Source: Candidatus Xenobia bacterium
Lineage (GTDB): Bacteria; Vulcanimicrobiota; Xenobia; Xenobiales; QWHO01
Assembly (NCBI GenBank): GCA_045863235.1
Contig: BTUM01000127.1
Location: 1-15,961, forward strand
Length of the DNA stretch: 15,961 bases
Direction of reading: 5' to 3'
Positions 15,690 through 15,961 of this stretch are shown here, in pieces (position 1 is the first letter of the stretch; every line of letters starts with the position of its first letter). The notes under the pieces are model-generated. The model was not told the DNA's origin, ran no database searches, and saw nothing but the letters and a program-made list of their open reading frames with translations. A program made the position numbers and the translations under genes.

Positions 15690-15756
15690 GGGATTTGGCC
15701 TCCAGAACCGGATGACGGGCCCCTGTATGTGTGATGGTGGCCCCAGGCTATCCTAG

Positions 15757-15803
15757 CGTCTGGAGTTTGCCAGACTGTTGCCAGACGGTTAAAGATTGCC
15801 GAC
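15757..15803. promoter_or_regulatory. Direct/inverted repeat cluster upstream of the alpha-2-macroglobulin gene (candidate regulator-binding site)
   Basis: TTGCCAGAC at 15767-15775 and 15778-15786 (11-bp period), degenerate TTGCCGAC at 15796-15803, and inverted GTCTGG at 15758-15763. Located in a relatively AT-rich intergenic region. Confidence 0.35.
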
Positions 15804-15899
15804 ATGTTACAGCAATTTACGGTACTGGCCGGGTAGAGAGGGTGCAAGAGGGGGGGGCGAGCGATCGGTTTGTAACAACTTTAAGCTTTCAGCGTCGCC

Positions 15900-15961
15900 T
15901 CAGCCAGGCGCAACGCTCACCACCCGCATCTCCCCCAGCAAGACCTCGCCGGCCCGCTCGA
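15900..15961 (-). CDS. Partial CDS, probable 3' end of a gene entering from the right edge (…ERAGEVLLGEMRVVSVAPG*)
   Basis: Minus-strand frame with G/C-rich third positions ending at TGA 15902-15900. Too short to identify. Confidence 0.4.
   Translation of the reverse strand, partial: ERAGEVLLGEMRVVSVAPG

Noticed and set aside
11106..15734. Long plus-strand ORFs 11106..12845, 12852..13847 and 14439..15734, and alternative-frame ORFs 10705..12363 and 14434..15651
   Set aside because: Antisense or off-frame shadows of the A2M gene, expected in high-GC DNA. They show no recognisable motifs and have skewed composition.
15790..15805. Sigma-28-like TAAA…GCCGACAT
   Set aside because: The spacer is 4 nt rather than ~15, and it points toward the 3' end of a minus-strand gene.
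15572..15847. 91-aa ORF as a frameshifted signal-peptide segment of the A2M
   Set aside because: It has no hydrophobic core or lipobox, and the A2M has its own RBS and start.
1..15961. Frequent GAGCTC/CTCGAG palindromes as a repeat family or CRISPR-like array
   Set aside because: Explained by Glu-Leu/Leu-Glu codon pairs in coding regions. There is no regular spacing, no cas gene, and no transposase or integrase.

Overview
A GC-rich bacterial chromosomal segment with no mobile element, CRISPR array or RNA gene that I can support. Left to right: (1) the probable 3' tail of an upstream gene; (2) a lipoprotein with three Leptospira Lig-like Big_2 Ig repeats and a TolB/PD40-type beta-propeller (+); (3) a tightly packed minus-strand cluster of mqnD (futalosine menaquinone pathway), an HtrA/DegP-family protease, a PilZ-domain protein and a TpsB (ShlB/FhaC) outer-membrane transporter with no TpsA cargo in view; (4) endonuclease III (nth), divergent from mqnD; (5) two divergent small orphan proteins, each with a hydrophobic hairpin; (6) a HEAT-like + beta-propeller protein (+) converging on (7) a 1568-aa bacterial alpha-2-macroglobulin (-); (8) the probable 3' tail of another minus-strand gene. 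The most unusual points are that the alpha-2-macroglobulin keeps its CSEQ thioester but has no export signal and carries a CxCxC in its bait region, that the TpsB is an orphan facing an Ig/propeller lipoprotein, and that -10-like hexamers sit 6-10 nt before several start codons, suggesting leaderless mRNAs. TpsB indicates a diderm host. The gene style is reminiscent of Vulcanimicrobiota (Eremiobacterota/WPS-2), but this is an unverified impression.
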